From NCBI RefSeq assembly GCF_963921235.1, contig NC_086097.1:151716001-151780000 (forward strand): DNA of 64,000 nt, in the 5' to 3' direction. The position numbers and the translations under genes were made by a program. How positions within the stretch are numbered: the first letter of the stretch is position 1; each line of letters starts with the position of its first letter. The stretch comes from Mobula hypostoma (Eukaryota). The notes below the pieces were generated by a model. That model saw nothing but the letters and a program-made list of their open reading frames with translations, had not been told where the DNA came from and searched no databases. This document shows positions 13,396 through 26,866 of the stretch, piece by piece.

Positions 13396-14341
13396 TTCCT
13401 TTTTTATTCTGACTAAATTCAGCAACACTGAAGGAAATTACTGTGGTTGAAAAAGCCGGAAGCACTCAGCTGAGAGGGGACACAGGGGAGTGCAATCCTG
13501 GAATCTGGTGTGACAAACAATTCTACTCGAGGTACTGAGTTCTTCCAGCAGGTTGTAAGTTGCTGATGGAGACACTCAGCAGTTCATTAATCTGAAACAT
13601 TGACACTTTTATTCTTTCCATGGATGCTGCCTGAGCTGATGGATATTTTTAGTATTTTCTATTTTCATTACACTTTTCCCAGTTTTTGTGCAAATATTCA
13701 ATCATAAATCAATGATGACTGAAGGATTTTAGCCCCCTTCACCAAGTAAAGTAGCATTTGGGAAGAGTTAACCATGGGTTAATCAATTGAGGGTAGTTTG
13801 TTTCTTTGCCACTGAGTGCTCGACTGCATTTTAACTTGACTAGTATTCTTTCTCTGGTAGCTGGTGACTGTTTCTGGTCTATCTCTTTTGGGATGTGTAT
13901 GTCACGGCAAGATCAGTATTTATTGCTCATCCCCAGTTCTTTCTTGAGCCAATCTTGTCTTTTGATGGAGACACTCCCTCTACACTGCTGGATAGGGTCT
14001 AATGCTCAGAAGGGAAGTGACGAGAAGAGGTGAGCTGTAGTGATAGGCGATTCACTGCTTAGGGGAACAGGCAGGTGGTTCTGTGGGGAGAACAAGATTG
14101 TTGAATGGGATGTTGCCTCCCATTGCCAGGGTCAGGGACATCTCAGATCAAGTCCAGAACAGTCTTAAATGGGAGGTGAGCAGCCAGACGTGTGGCCCAC
14201 ATCAGTACCAACGACACAGGTAGATAGGGTGACAAGGTCCTGCAAAATGAATTTGAGGAGTTAGGTGTTAAGTTGAAGGGCAGGACCTCCAGGGTTGTGA
14301 CTTCAGGATTGCTACTTGTGCCACGTGCAAGTGAGGCCATA

Positions 14342-15590
14342 TATAGAACATAGAACAGTACAGCACAGTACAGGCCCTTCGGCCCACGATGTTGTGCCGA
14401 CCCTCAAACCCTGCCTCCCATATAAGCCCCCACCTTAAACTCCTCCATATACCTGTCTAGTAGTCTCTTAAACTTCACTAGCGTATCTGCCTCCCCCACT
14501 GACTCAGGCAGTGCATTCCACGCACCAACCACTCTGAGTAAAAAACCTTCCTTTAATATCCCCCTTGAACTTCCCACCCCTTACCTTAAAGCCATGTCCT
14601 CTTGTATTGAGCAGTGGTGCCCTGGGGAAGAGGCGCTGGCTATCCACTCTATCTATTCCTCTTATTATCTTGTACACCTCTATCATGTCCCCCCTCATCC
14701 TCCTTCTCTCCAAAGAGTAAAGCCCTAGCTCCCTTAATCTCTGATCATAATGCATACTCTCTAAACCAGGCAGTATCCTGGTAAATCTTCTCTGTACCCG
14801 TTCCAATGCTTCCACATCCTTCCTGTAGTGAGGTGACCAGAACTGGACACAGTACTCCAAGTGTGGCCTAACCAGAGTTTTACAGAGCTGCATCATTACA
14901 TCGGAATTCTTAAACTCTATCCCTCGACTTATGAAAGCTAACCCACCATAAGCTTTCTTAACTACCCTATCCACCTGTGTGGTAACTTTCAGGGATCTGT
15001 GGACATGGTACCCCCAGATCCCTCTGCTCCTCCACACTACCAAGTATCCTGCCATTTACTTCGTACTCTGCCTTGGAGTTTGTCCTTCCAAAGTGTACCA
15101 CCTCACACTTCTCCGGGTTGAACTCCATCTGCCACTTCTCAGCCCACTTCTGCATCCTATCAATGTCTCTCTGCAATCTTTGACAATCCTCTACACTATT
15201 TACAACACCACCAACCTTTGTGTCATCTGCAAACTTGCCAACCCACCCTTCTACCCCCACATCCAGGTCGTTAATGAAAATCACGAAAAGTAGAGGTCCC
15301 AGAACAGGTCCTTGTGGGACACTACTAGTCACAATCCTCCAATCTGAATGTACTCCCTCCACCATGACCCTCTGCCTTCTGCAGGCAAGCCAATTCTGAA
15401 TCCACCTGACCAAACTTCCCTGGATCCCATGCCTTCTGACTTTCTGAATAAGCCTACCGTGTGGAACCTTGTCAAATGCCTTACTAAAATCCATATAGAT
15501 CACATCCACTGCACTACCCTCATCTATATGCCTGGTCAGCTCCTCAAAGAACTCTGTCAGGCTTGTTAGACACGATCTACCCTTCACAAA
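14342..15590 (-). mobile_element. Younger 5'-truncated CR1 LINE inserted antisense into the older CR1 ORF1
   Basis: Near-intact RT: SCLTSL, YMDFSKAFDKVPHGRL, VPQGPVLGP, KFADDTK, LEYCVQFWSPH; tail (ctatgtt)n at ~14342-14356. Confidence 0.95.
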
Positions 15591-16596
15591 GGAAGATCCT
15601 ATAGGAAGATCATACCATTTAACACATGGCTAAGGAGATGGTGTAGGAGGGAGGGTTTCAGATTTTTGGGTCCATTGGGCTCTCTTCTAGGGAAGATAGA
15701 ACCTGTACAGATAGGATGGCTTGCTTTTGAATTGGAGTGGGACTATTACCCTAGTAGGAAGGTTTGTAGAGCTGTGGAGGGTGGGGGGGGGGGGCGGTTT
15801 AAACTAGAGTTACAAGATGTTGGAAACCAGAGCATCAGAGCAGATAGTGGAATGGCTGTAGGGAAAGATGTTGCTAAGCCTACATAGACAGTCAGGAACT
15901 GAATGGTTGAGTATGGTGGGACTAATATTCTGAGACATGTATTTTTCAATGCAAGAAGTGTTGTAGGAAAGAATGATGAGCTTAGGGCATGGATCATCAC
16001 ATTAAATGATGACATTGTAGCCATTAGTGAGACTTGGTTGCAGGAAGGGCAGGACTGGCAACTGAGTGTTCCAAGGTTCCGTTGTTTTTGATGTGAAGAA
16101 GCGGGAAGAATTAAAGGGGGATGGATGGATGGCATTATCAGTTGCTGCAGTGCTTAGACATGACAGACTGGAGAACTCACCCACTGAGGCAATATAGGTG
16201 GAATGTGTGAATAAGAAAGGGATGACTATGTTAAATGGATTGTATTATAGACCGCCCAACAGTCTGTGTGATTCAGGGGAGAAAATTTGAGAGAGATTGC
16301 AGACTTTTGCAAGAAACATAAGCTTGTGATAATGGGTGATTTTAATTTTCCACATGTTGACTGGGTCTCCCATACTGTAAACTGGCTGGATGGGGTAGAG
16401 TTTGCCAAAAACATTCAGGAAAGTTTCTATAATCAATACATAGAAGTCCCAAGTAGACCGAGCGTGATACTGAATCTCCTATTAGGGAATGAGAGAGGGC
16501 AGGGGACAATTTGTGTGGGGGGAACACTTTGCATCTACTGATCATAATATAGAAATATTTAAAACGTCCTCAAGCATAGGTGAGGTGCCGGAAGAT

Positions 16597-17226
16597 GATG
16601 ATGATGATTATGAAGACACGTAGTCCTCTTTTATTGTCATTTACTAATGCATGCATTAAGAAATGACACATTATTTCCTCCGGTATGATATCACAAAATA
16701 CAGGACAAACCAAGACTGAAAAAACTGACAAAACCACATAATTATAATATATAGTTACAAACAGTGTAACAACACCATAACTTGTTGAAGAAGTCTGTGA
16801 GCACAGTAAAGTTCAAAGTTTCTCAAATGTCCCACATCTCACGCAGACGGGAGAAGGAAGAAAAACTCTCCCTGCCATGCCGACCACAATCCGACTCTGA
16901 GTTATCCGAAAACTTCGAGCTCTGATCAGCTCTCTGACACCGAGTACTGAGCACCATCTCTGTCCGAACGATTCGATCTCCATCTCGGTCGCCAAAAGCA
17001 GGCAAGGCCGGGGATTTTGAGGCTTACCCTCAGAAAGATTCACGACCACACAGTAACGACAGTAGCAAACGGGCGTTTCAGAAATTTCTCCAGATGTTCC
17101 TCTGTGCTTTCACGTCCATTCTCCATCAAATCAGAACTGTCCACGGCCCCTATTTAACAGATATGATATCATTTTTCACCAGAGAGCTGCGCACGCACAG
17201 GCGTGCTGCCATCTTCTCCTCCCGCC
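16597..17226 (-). mobile_element. Non-autonomous ~630-bp retroposon with LINE-like 5' end and Rex1-like 3' tail (copy 1)
   Basis: Splits CR1 codons GEVPED|W; begins ggcgggaggagaagatggc, ends aaatgacaataaaag...(atc)n; possible TSD aagat; related copy at 54250-54769. Confidence 0.75.
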
Positions 17227-19759
17227 AAGATTGGAGGAAAGCTCACGTTATTGTGTTATTTAAGAAGGGCTCTAAGAATCGGCCAGAAAATTATAGTTTG
17301 GTGAGCCTGACATTATTTGTGGGTAAGAAATTGGAAGGTATTCCAAGGGACCAGCCTGAATACACAGGATCAGGAATAGTCAACATGGCTTTGTGTGTGG
17401 TAGGTTGTTTCTAACTAATCTTAGAGTCTTTTGAGGAAGTTATAAGAAAAGTCATTGAAGGGAAGGCAGTAGATGTTGTCTACAAGGACTTTAGCAAGAC
17501 TTTTGACAAGGCCCTGCATGGGAGGTTGGTCAAGAAGGTTCAGTTGCTTAGTATTCAAGATGAGGTGTTAAATTGGTTTAGACATCATTGGCTATGTGGG
17601 AGAAGCCAGAGAGTAGTTGCAGATGGTTTACTCTCTATCTGGAGGCCCATGTTTACCGGTGTGTTGTAGGGATCGGTGTGGGGTTCAGTTATGGAGAGAA
17701 GGCAAGAGAATAGGGTTGAGGGGGATAATAAGGTGGCCTTGATGGAATGGCAGAGCAAACTTAATGGCCTAATTCTGCTCCTATGTCTCATGGTCTTATG
17801 TCTTATACTGAGGCTCAGCCTTGGTCCATGTGAACAATTGTCCAAAGGTGACTATCAGGATATTATAGTAGGAACTCAATGATGGATGTACAAATGACAA
17901 TGAAAGTTAAGTGATTAATCCAATGTGTCACCTTGTTGTCAGTCTTGTTGCATTCAGCTATGCATTGCCTCATTTTCCAAGCAATTGCAAATGGAATCGA
18001 ACCCTATGCAATCATCAGCAAATATCTCCTCTATATTACACAAGGAAGACTTTTGATGAAGTAACATTAGATGCTTGGGTACAAGAAACTGACTTGAGGA
18101 ATTCCTGATATCACAGGGACTGAGTTTGCAAATGCCTAGGAAACTGACCTTGGACAGCTTTGAATTGATTCAGGAGGAGACATTAACCCCCCTTAGTCTC
18201 AAATGACTCTTCAGAAGAGAAAACTAACAAATGAATTTTGTTCCTTAATTTCTCCTGCCCTTACAATTCCTCCCCCTTTGAAAACTGCTTCTGAGTTTGC
18301 ATATACTAGCCTTTTTGGACATTGCATTGTGTCCTACTGATTATTGAAACAAAAACTGTTTTCCTTGTATCACTTTCTGGTACTTCTATCAAATAATATA
18401 AATCTGAGACCTCCGTTTATGAAATTCCGCCCTTTGCAAACAGTTGGTTAAATGTACATTGTATTGATTTTGCCTGGTATATCAATGCCAGACTTTGTTG
18501 TGGTCCAAGGCCATTCTAGGACTAATATGGGCTTGCAGTTGTTGGCTGGGTGGGGTGGAGGACTAGGCAAAGCATAGTGTCAGAATGCGGTCAGTTGGGA
18601 CACAGTAGAGAGAGGTGCTTGAAGGTGGTACACTTTGGAGGTGGGAATGGTGGTAGTGAGCTAGAGTTCAAGGACTCCATTCAGGTTTTGGCTGCTGGGG
18701 TTGGGTTTGGGAAGTTTGGTATTGTGGGTGATCAGAAACTGGAGCCAGGGCGATTAAGGAGTCAAAGCCAAGGCTGGGATTGCTAGGTAGGGAGGACTAG
18801 AAGGTAAGGAATAGTACATTTTCAACCACATTGCGATGAAGTGAACAGAACTATATGATTAAATTTTCAGACAACTCTTCAGAAACTATTTAAACCCCTT
18901 ATGATTTAGAACATTTCTATATACTTTTTTGCCTCCCTTACAAATTGCAACCATAGTTTTTCCATTCTTTTCATGTCCCTCATCCCCTGAAGCATTCCAG
19001 TAAATCTCATCTGCACCCACGCCAAAGACATTTTTTTCCTAATGTGCATTTCCCAGAATTATACACAGTACTCCATTTGGGGCTTATTTGTCTTTTATAT
19101 AGGTTTGGCAAAACTTTTATGCTTTTAAATTCTGCGGCTGTATTTACTGAACCCAGAACGCAAGGATACATTAGCTATTTTGTTAATCTGCCCCTTTCAG
19201 CAATTTACTACAAATAGGCTCATGTTGTAATTCCTACGCCCGCCTCAGAGTTCTCTCTTCATGCTCGTGTTGACATCTGTCAACTCACTTTTTAATGTTT
19301 ACCCATTTCTCCATGGATTTCTATTTTATCCATGCTGCTGCAGCTAATTTTATCCTTTGTGTATCAATATTTTCTGCAGGGTTGAAGAATTTCCAGTGTA
19401 CAAATTATAAGGTGTAGGTGTTAGACTTGAAATTGTGGCAAATATGTAAGCCATAAATATGATGTTTCAATATTAGGACCCACCCTTTTGGGCAATAATT
19501 GAATGGACTGAGCTCTTGACCTTATATTCTACCTCATCATGAGTGAGTTTTTCACTCTATTGAGGTACATGTGACAATAATAAATCAATTCAACAGTCTC
19601 ACTGCTGTGGTCTGAAATTCCCTGATGCTTCAAATGGGCAGCAATCATATTGGAAGAGCAGGGCGAGCTGCCTCAGTGTCTACCACCCAGTAGTACTCAT
19701 ATGTACCATAATGCCATGCTTTGAGAGATTGGTTATGGCTGGAACTAACTTCTGCCGAA

Positions 19760-20925
19760 GCAAGGGCCTGGACTCACTGCTGCAACAGGTCTACAGTGGA
19801 CACATTTCACTGGCTCTTACTCAGCGTTGGAGTACCACACAACAGCAGAACATACTTCAGGCTGCTGTTTATTAATTACAATGCTGCATTCAATACCATT
19901 ATTCCCTCAATACCAACAACCAAAGTTCAAAACCTGGGCCTTTGTACCTCCCTCTGCAAATAGATGCTCATCTTCTTTAGCAGGAGAACACAGTCAGTGT
20001 GGATCTGAAATAATATTTTCTAGTTGGCTATTAACACAGGTGCATCTCAAAAATGCTTGCTTGGCCCATTGCTCTATTCTCCCTCCCACATAACTGTGTG
20101 CCTTAGCACAGCTCAGGCACAATCTATAAACTTGCCAATAGTACCCCTGTTGTTGGTAGGATCTCAGATGGTGTTGAGGAGACATACAGGAGTGAGATCA
20201 GATTGACTAGTTAAGTATTGTTTCAACAACTTTGCACTGACCATCTGCAGGTCCAAGGAGCTGACTGTGGAATTCAGAAAGGAAAGGTTGTGAGAATACA
20301 TACCAATCTTCATTCAGAAATCAACTGTGGAAAGGTGAACAGCTTCAAGTTCTTGAATGTCAATATCTCAGAAGATCTATTCCGGGCCCAACACATTGAT
20401 GCAATTACAAAGAAGATACACTAACAGATATACTTCATTAGGAGTTTGAGATTTGGTGTATGAACAAGGGCTCCAGCAAATTTCTATAGATGTAGTGGAA
20501 AGCACTCTGATTAGCTGCATCACTGCCTGGTATGAAGGCTCTAATGCACAGGGCTGTAAGAGGCTCAAAGAGTTATAGACTCTGCCAACTCCGAGCCATC
20601 AAGGACATTATCAAGATGTGGTCCCTCAAGAACACGGCATCCATCATTAAAGACCCTCATCATCCAGGCATGAGCTCTTCTTGATACTACCTTCAAGGAG
20701 GAGGTCCTGGAGCCTGAACCCCAGTGCTCATTGACTTAGGAACAGCTTCTTCCCCTCCACCATAAGATTTCTCAGTGATCTGTGAACCCACGAACACTCT
20801 CTTGTTATTCCTTTTTTATTATCTTTTTTATTCTTAGACTTTTATGTTTTTGCACTGTATTGTTACCACAGAATAATAGATTTCACAAATCTGTCAGTGA
20901 AAATACATCTGATTCTGATTCTGAC
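19760..20925 (+). mobile_element. Rex1/Babar-type LINE, degenerate RT 3' half and tail
   Basis: [44 protein letters not shown]; tail tctgattctgattctga. Confidence 0.85.
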
Positions 20926-21499
20926 CTTGTTGGGTGTTGGGTAATTGGTGAGCAGATGACTGCATCTGCTTGCTGTTAACATACTCATGCTATGCACAAA
21001 TTGCCACCATGTTGCTCACTTAACAAAAGTGGCTATATTCCATTTCCTTATAAAATTCTATATGGCATCCAGAGTTTGAAATAGTATTTTGAATAAATAT
21101 AGATTAATTCTTTTTCTGTATATCTCTCCAACTTATTTGATTGCTTAGTTAATTGGCCACCAGAAATGTATTTTCTGATCAGTTCGTTTATCACCTGATT
21201 GGTGTGGTGACTTGCAATGGAGTATGCTTCACTTAATCTCTGAATCTTATCTGATGCCACAAAAAAACTTGATGCAATGGGCAGTGCATTACAAAAGCAA
21301 AACATCAAATGGAATGCTATTGATGTGACATGGTGATCATTTGAATTATGTCAATGGTTCAAAAAATAGATGTCTACTCTGCTTACTTTGCCAAATTTCA
21401 AGAGTCAGATCTTAGATTCAGTAACTCAACTGGAAAAAATGAAGTCAGCTTGATGAACACTCAGATGCTTTACAAATAAGATTTGGTAAATCTTTTATC

Positions 21500-21830
21500 C
21501 TCCCGCTCCATTCTTCTTTTATTTCCTGCTCTGACCTTTCACCTCTTCTTACCTGCCGATCACTTCCCTCTGGATCCCCTCCTCCTTCGCTTTCTCCTGT
21601 GAGCCACTATCCTCTCTTAACAGACTCCTTCTTCTCCAGCCCTTTACCTTTCCCATTCACCTGGTTTCACCTATCAGCTGCTAACTATCCTCCTTTTCTT
21701 CCACCCACTCTTTCCTTATAACATATTCCCTCTTCCTTTTCAGTCCTGAAGAAGGGTTTTGGCTTGAAACATTCCCATAGATGTTGCCTGACCTGATGAG
21801 TTCCTCCAGTGTTTTGTGCATGTTGCTTTG
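21500..21830 (+). mobile_element. Degenerate PLE pLTR fragment
   Basis: Pyrimidine-rich pLTR followed by cagtcctgaagaaggg...gaaac and gatgttgcctgacctgatgagttcctccag. Confidence 0.7.
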
Positions 21831-22389
21831 GGAAATCTCTGGATCCATCTACATTTGATTTTAAGAACCCATGGGTTTGCTTTTAATTTAAAATTCTGTT
21901 TTTAAAGTAACTGCTGGAATGAGACACACTTTTTTTACGTAATTGATGCAAATGATGAGAATGTGAACAGATAAAGCCACAAATCAGTGCATACTGGGCA
22001 AGTGCTCAAACTTTCCTCATTCATTTGCAGGTTCTTAAAGAAGAATTGTCATCATTAATGTCTATTTCTCTCAATAGTTTGAAGTATTTGGTGTTTTAGT
22101 TAAACATCACCATTGAGGTTTAACGAATGATAATGACAAACCCCAGTGGAAAGCATTATGGAAAGAATTTAAGACCGTTTGGGTTGTCATCTGAGGCATT
22201 TTAAATAACAAAAATGAGGGAACCAAGGAATGTCTGAACTCTGGATTTGATTACCAATGAATAAACTAACCTAAGAGAGGACATGGCACTGAAGTAACAT
22301 TGATTAATTGTAGTGTTTCCAACTATTAGGCATTTGCTTCAAGCTGAAGAAAGTTGGAACAAAGTAAAAAGGGGAAAGATGTAGCTACA

Positions 22390-22970
22390 TATAAAAGAAT
22401 TTGTGTCCCAGACAGGGAACATTTGGCCCACTGGGCCTGTGCCAAGTCAAAAATGCAGGTCCCTCTTACTTCCAAGCTCTCATTCCATTGCTTTCCATGT
22501 TAAAGCCAATTAGTGCTCATCCAGATACTTTTTAAATATTGTGAAGGCTTACATTTCACTCCTCTTTCTGGAGTTACACTTTAACTGAAGTAAAAATCCT
22601 TCAACCCTCATACAGTTACGGACCCTTAAAGTTGCACAGCGCAGAAACGGGCAGTTTGACACATTATATCCATGCCGACCATCTTGCAGATCTACAGTAA
22701 TCCTATTTGTCTATATCTTGCTATACTTCATTAATTTAAGTGCCTGTCTAAATGTCTCTTAAAAGTAAGTGATTATAGCTGATTTCATCATCTCCTCTGG
22801 CTATGAGTTCCAGCTATCAACCACTCACAGTGTAGAAAATTTTTCCCTCCAATCTCCCTTAAAATTCTTTTATTTCAACTTAAGCCAATGTCTTTTTTTT
22901 TCTGATATCCCTACCAAGGGTTAAAAATCCTGCACATCAGCTCCATCTAAGACACATATAATCTTACATG
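22390..22970 (-). mobile_element. Two degenerate CR1 3'-end fragments
   Basis: Reverse-complement CR1 tail motifs (ggcccactgggcctgtgcca; tcaaccactcacagtgtagaaaattttccctc). Confidence 0.6.
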
Positions 22971-23379
22971 TAAGCTTTCCCAGGTTACTGCTGATTTGAA
23001 TTATGGAAATCTGACTTCAAGCAAATTCTGTACATACATTTTAAATGAATTTTTAACGACTACTAATAATAAAATGTTTCATGGCATTCACTAATAACTG
23101 TGTAGAGTATATATTCCAGGAGTTTAATTATGGGTGGTGCTAGGTTGATTATTCAATGAATTGAAAGAATTATACCTAGCGTATGTGTAGTGATACATCA
23201 TGGATTACTATAGAAAACCGACATTTCTGACCTATGGAGAAATTGGCTTATGGGTAGTTCTTAGGAATGGAAATCTTCCATCACACAGCCGTTGTTTGTT
23301 CATTTATTAGGTTAGTGCTCAGCCTCCTATGCTTCAGAGAAAACAAACCCGGTCTATGCAATCTCTTCCCATAGGTAAA

Positions 23380-24000
23380 GTTTGTATACTATCTCCAACC
23401 TTGAAATTTGTCTTCTTACAGGCAGCCACAAAAATAGAGAAACGCAAGAGAACCTATTAAAGAAGACCAGCAAACACCGAATGTGTGAGAAAAAAGAACA
23501 AACTGTGCAAACAATAAAGAGTAAACAAATAACACCCTGAACTAAAGTTCATGAAAGTGAGTCCACAGCCATGCATCCAATTCATTGTTGCAACTGGTCC
23601 AGGAGTCCATTTGTTGCAGCCACAGCCCCAGCTCAGCGCAGAGCTGAGTAAACTTCGTGAAGCATTTCTCTTGCCCCTAGTCTCAAAACCCTGACCTTTT
23701 CAATCTGAACTTAAATCAGCCAAACATCAGCTCATTCTTCACACTCGGGCCTGGACCTTCATGTTTCAATTTGGCCCCAAGCCTGCTCCAGCAATGGCCA
23801 AACATCAGCTCGTTCCTTGCTCTCGGCCTGCACCCTGCTGCTTTGATTCAGTCCGTACCTGCCATGCTGCCACAAATGCACTCCAACTTTGAGGCTACCA
23901 ATTTACCGAATCCTCCAGAACTGCACAAAAATGTCAGGTCATACAGGCAGTTCAAAAGCAGAGCTCCAAAATGGAAGTTACAGGCTATTTTTCTGCAGTA
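23380..24000 (-). mobile_element. Non-autonomous retroposon with Rex1-like tail (second family, copy 1)
   Basis: Shares ttgaaatttgtcttcttacaggcag...tgcaaacaata with 48457-48630 and with the Rex1 tail at 38430-38620; GC-richer non-coding body. Confidence 0.55.
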
Positions 24001-24017
24001 ATTATTGTCCAGAATGT

Positions 24018-24324
24018 GGGCACGTGGCCAAGTGGTTAAGGCATTTGACTAGCGACCTGAAGGTCGTGAGTTCGAGCCCCAGCTGAGGCAGAGTGTTGTG
24101 TCCTTGAGCAAGGCACTTAACCACACAGTGCTCTGTGACGACACTGGTGCCATGCTGTATTGGCCCTTGCCCTTCCCTTGGACAACACCGGTCTCATGGA
24201 GAGGGGATATTTGCAGCATGGGCAACTGCCGGTCTTCCATACAACCTTGCCTGGGTCTGCGCCCTGGAGAGTGAAGACTTTCCAGGTGCAAATTCATGGT
24301 CTCGCAAGACTAACGGATGCCTAT
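24018..24324 (+). mobile_element. tRNA-headed SINE with CORE-like central domain (copy 2)
   Basis: A box gtggccaagtggttaagg, B box gagttcgagccc; TSD tattgtccagaa (24003-24014 and 24322-24333). Confidence 0.9.
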
Positions 24325-24399
24325 TGTCCAGAAAATGTGCATTTAATAGAGTAGTTATTAGATTTGTTTGCTGCCAGTAAATCATCACTATGTCTCTCC

Positions 24400-25170
24400 A
24401 GTGCCATATTAAACTGGAACCAAGTCCTCCAACTTTCATGTCATCCACAGCTTAATATCTTCTATATTTAGATCCATAATAAATCACAAACAACAAGGAT
24501 CCCATCATCAGAAAAGCATCCTTCCATCATTACCTCTCCTTTCACAAAGTCAGTTTTGGATCCAATCAACCACTCAGCTTGGATCCTATGTACTTTAACC
24601 TTCTGGACTAGTATGTCATATGGGATCTTGTCAAGTGTCTCACAACAGTCCAAAGGTCTTGCAGCCTATTCAACAATCTTCATTATCTTCTCAAAAACTC
24701 TATAAATTAATGTGGTTCTGACTGCCCCAGCCCAATTTTTCTGCTGATCTACTGTATTTCCTTCTGTAGTGTTAGACATGCTTCATGGTCATCCCTTAGT
24801 ATTTTCTTCAGTGATTTCTCTACCACTGACATAATACTCACCAACCTCTAGTTGCCGAGCTTATCCTTACTGCCCTTTAAAGAGGAACAGCTTCCCTCAC
24901 TTCACCCGTGGCTAACAAGAATGCATAAATATCCACCAGCATCCCAGTTATCTCCTCTCTAGGTTCCCACAGAAAATAGATCTTATCTGGTCCAGGGAAA
25001 TTATCAATTCATAAGTGCCTTCTCTAATCTTTCCTCTAACTAAATTAAATCTGTGTCCCCAGTTACCTCCACCAATGGAATATCCATTACCATTTATCCT
25101 GCTTGGGCTTCATAGATTCATAAACCACAATCAAACTTTTCCCAGTCTCCTTAACTATGAAAAGATATAC
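24400..25170 (-). mobile_element. Degenerate CR1 RT fragments
   Basis: Minus strand LDKIPYDILVQKVKVHRIQ, MDDMKVGG. Confidence 0.6.
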
Positions 25171-25831
25171 CTGTTGTTGAAAGTGATGGAACAATAGTTT
25201 ACCATATTGAGTCCTGGTTAGGTGGGTCTATTGTATGTGGAGAGATTATGTTGACTAAGCCGACATTCATAAGCGTTTGGATGAATAAGTGGAAATCTCA
25301 GAGAAACATACAAATTTCTGGCACAACATGACAGTCAAGAGGGTCTCGGCTTGAAAAGTCGACCGTACTCTTGCCCGCCTGGCCTGCTGAGTTCTTCCAG
25401 CATTTTGGGTGTGTTGCTTGGACTTCCAGCATCTGTGTATTTTCTCTAGTTTGTGGAGGATAGACTGAAGATATTTTCTCTGGCAGGTGCTGGGTTGGTC
25501 AGGGGATGAGGTAATCAGTCCCAAGATACGTTCTATGGCTTTTGCAAGTGAGAATAGTGGTGAAACTGTGTAGTTCCTTGCCAAATAAGGCCGTTGAGCA
25601 CGTTACTGAATATTTTAAAGAAGGAGGTAGAGAGATTACTTGGCACAGTAGGTATTAGGCGTATAGTGTGTGGATGGGAACATAATATTGAGGTAGAGCA
25701 TTGGCGGCAAGTGGACTGAATGGCGGAGGAAGCATGAACTAGTCCTGCTTTTCTTTCTCTGCGTTCTATGTTATATTTTTCTAACACTTGCAATATAGTT
25801 TTTTATTCATAATTCTCCAATCCTGGAAATA

Positions 25832-26080
25832 TGGGACGGCATGGTAGTGCATCAGTTAGTGTAGCGGTATTACAACACCAGCAATCAGAGCTCAATTCCC
25901 GTCCTGTCTGTAAGGAGTTTGTACGTTCTCCCCATAACCACATGGCTTTTCTCCAGCTGCTCTGGTTTCCTACCACATTCCAAAGACATACGGGTTCGTT
26001 GATTAATGGGTCAAATGGGTGTAATTAGCTGGTATGGCTCGTTGGACTGATAGGGCCTGTTACCATATTGTAACACTGAA
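25832..26080 (+). mobile_element. V-domain (HE1-like) SINE
   Basis: Decayed tRNA head followed by V-domain ggagtttgtacgttctcccc...ctctggtttcctaccacattccaaagac and CR1-like tail gggcctgttac. Confidence 0.75.
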
Positions 26081-26504
26081 AAAATTGTATGTCTTCTTTG
26101 CATTCCCCATGGTGTTTTCTTGTTCTTTCATTAGTTCTCTAGCTGTAGTCTGATTACTGTTTTATATAGTTCTACAGTGAAGTAAAGCCTCTCTGTTCTT
26201 ATGTTCTGTGTCTCAGCCAATAAAAGCAGGTATCCACCTCTTTAACCTGTTCTGCTACCTCTAATGATCTGTGGGTTGGCACTCCAAGATTTGTCTTTGC
26301 TTTTTCACAGTACTGTTTATCATGTATTTCCTATCTTGTCTGCACCCCATATAGATATATTGCCTTTCAACACTTCCACTAGTAAGAAGTGGAATGGGAG
26401 TGGTACAGCCAGTTGAATTACTGACACAGCTTCAGAAATCCAGGTTCGATCTGCTCTTCAGTGTTGTCTATGTCTCTTCTCAGGTGGTTTTCTGTTGCAT
26501 GCTC

Positions 26505-26866
26505 AGTTCTTCCACCACTGCAGAAAGTTGTGAACTCATTTAGCTTCATCATGGGAAATAACCTCCCCAGCATCCAGGACATCTTCAAGGAATGATGCCC
26601 TCTTCTTATTGTTACCATCAAAGAGGAAGTACAGGAGCCTGAAGGCACACACTCAACCATTCAGAAATAGCTTCTTACCCTCTGCCATCAGATTTCTGAA
26701 TGGACCATGAACTACTTTTTTCTCTTTTTGAACTACTTATTTAATTTAACTTTAAAAAATATATATATTTACTGTAATTTACAGTTTTAATTATAACGTA
26801 CTGCTTCCACATAACAACAAATTTCATGACATATGTCAATGATATTACACCTGATACTAATTCTGA
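26505..26866 (+). mobile_element. Rex1/Babar 3' fragment inserted in a V-SINE (26400-26950)
   Basis: aggagcctgaaggcacacactcaaccattcagaaatagcttc and Rex1 tail; SINE head before, V-domain remainder (aagatgtgcaggttggtaggttaatt) after. Confidence 0.7.

Larger units (their letters stand above)
14000..17805 (+). mobile_element. Older CR1 LINE (esterase-like ORF1, endonuclease, partial RT, 3' UTR), internally deleted and split by two later insertions
   Basis: ORF1 AVVIGDSLLRGT...VAHISTND (14030-14340, resuming at 15600); FNARSVVGK, DIVAISETWL, IMGDFNFPHVDW (15940-16500); GEVPED|WRKA split at 16596/17229. Confidence 0.85.

Noticed and set aside
24018..24090. tRNA-like sequences (also at 3971 and 8121)
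   Set aside because: They are SINE heads: they continue into SINE bodies and two of them have TSDs
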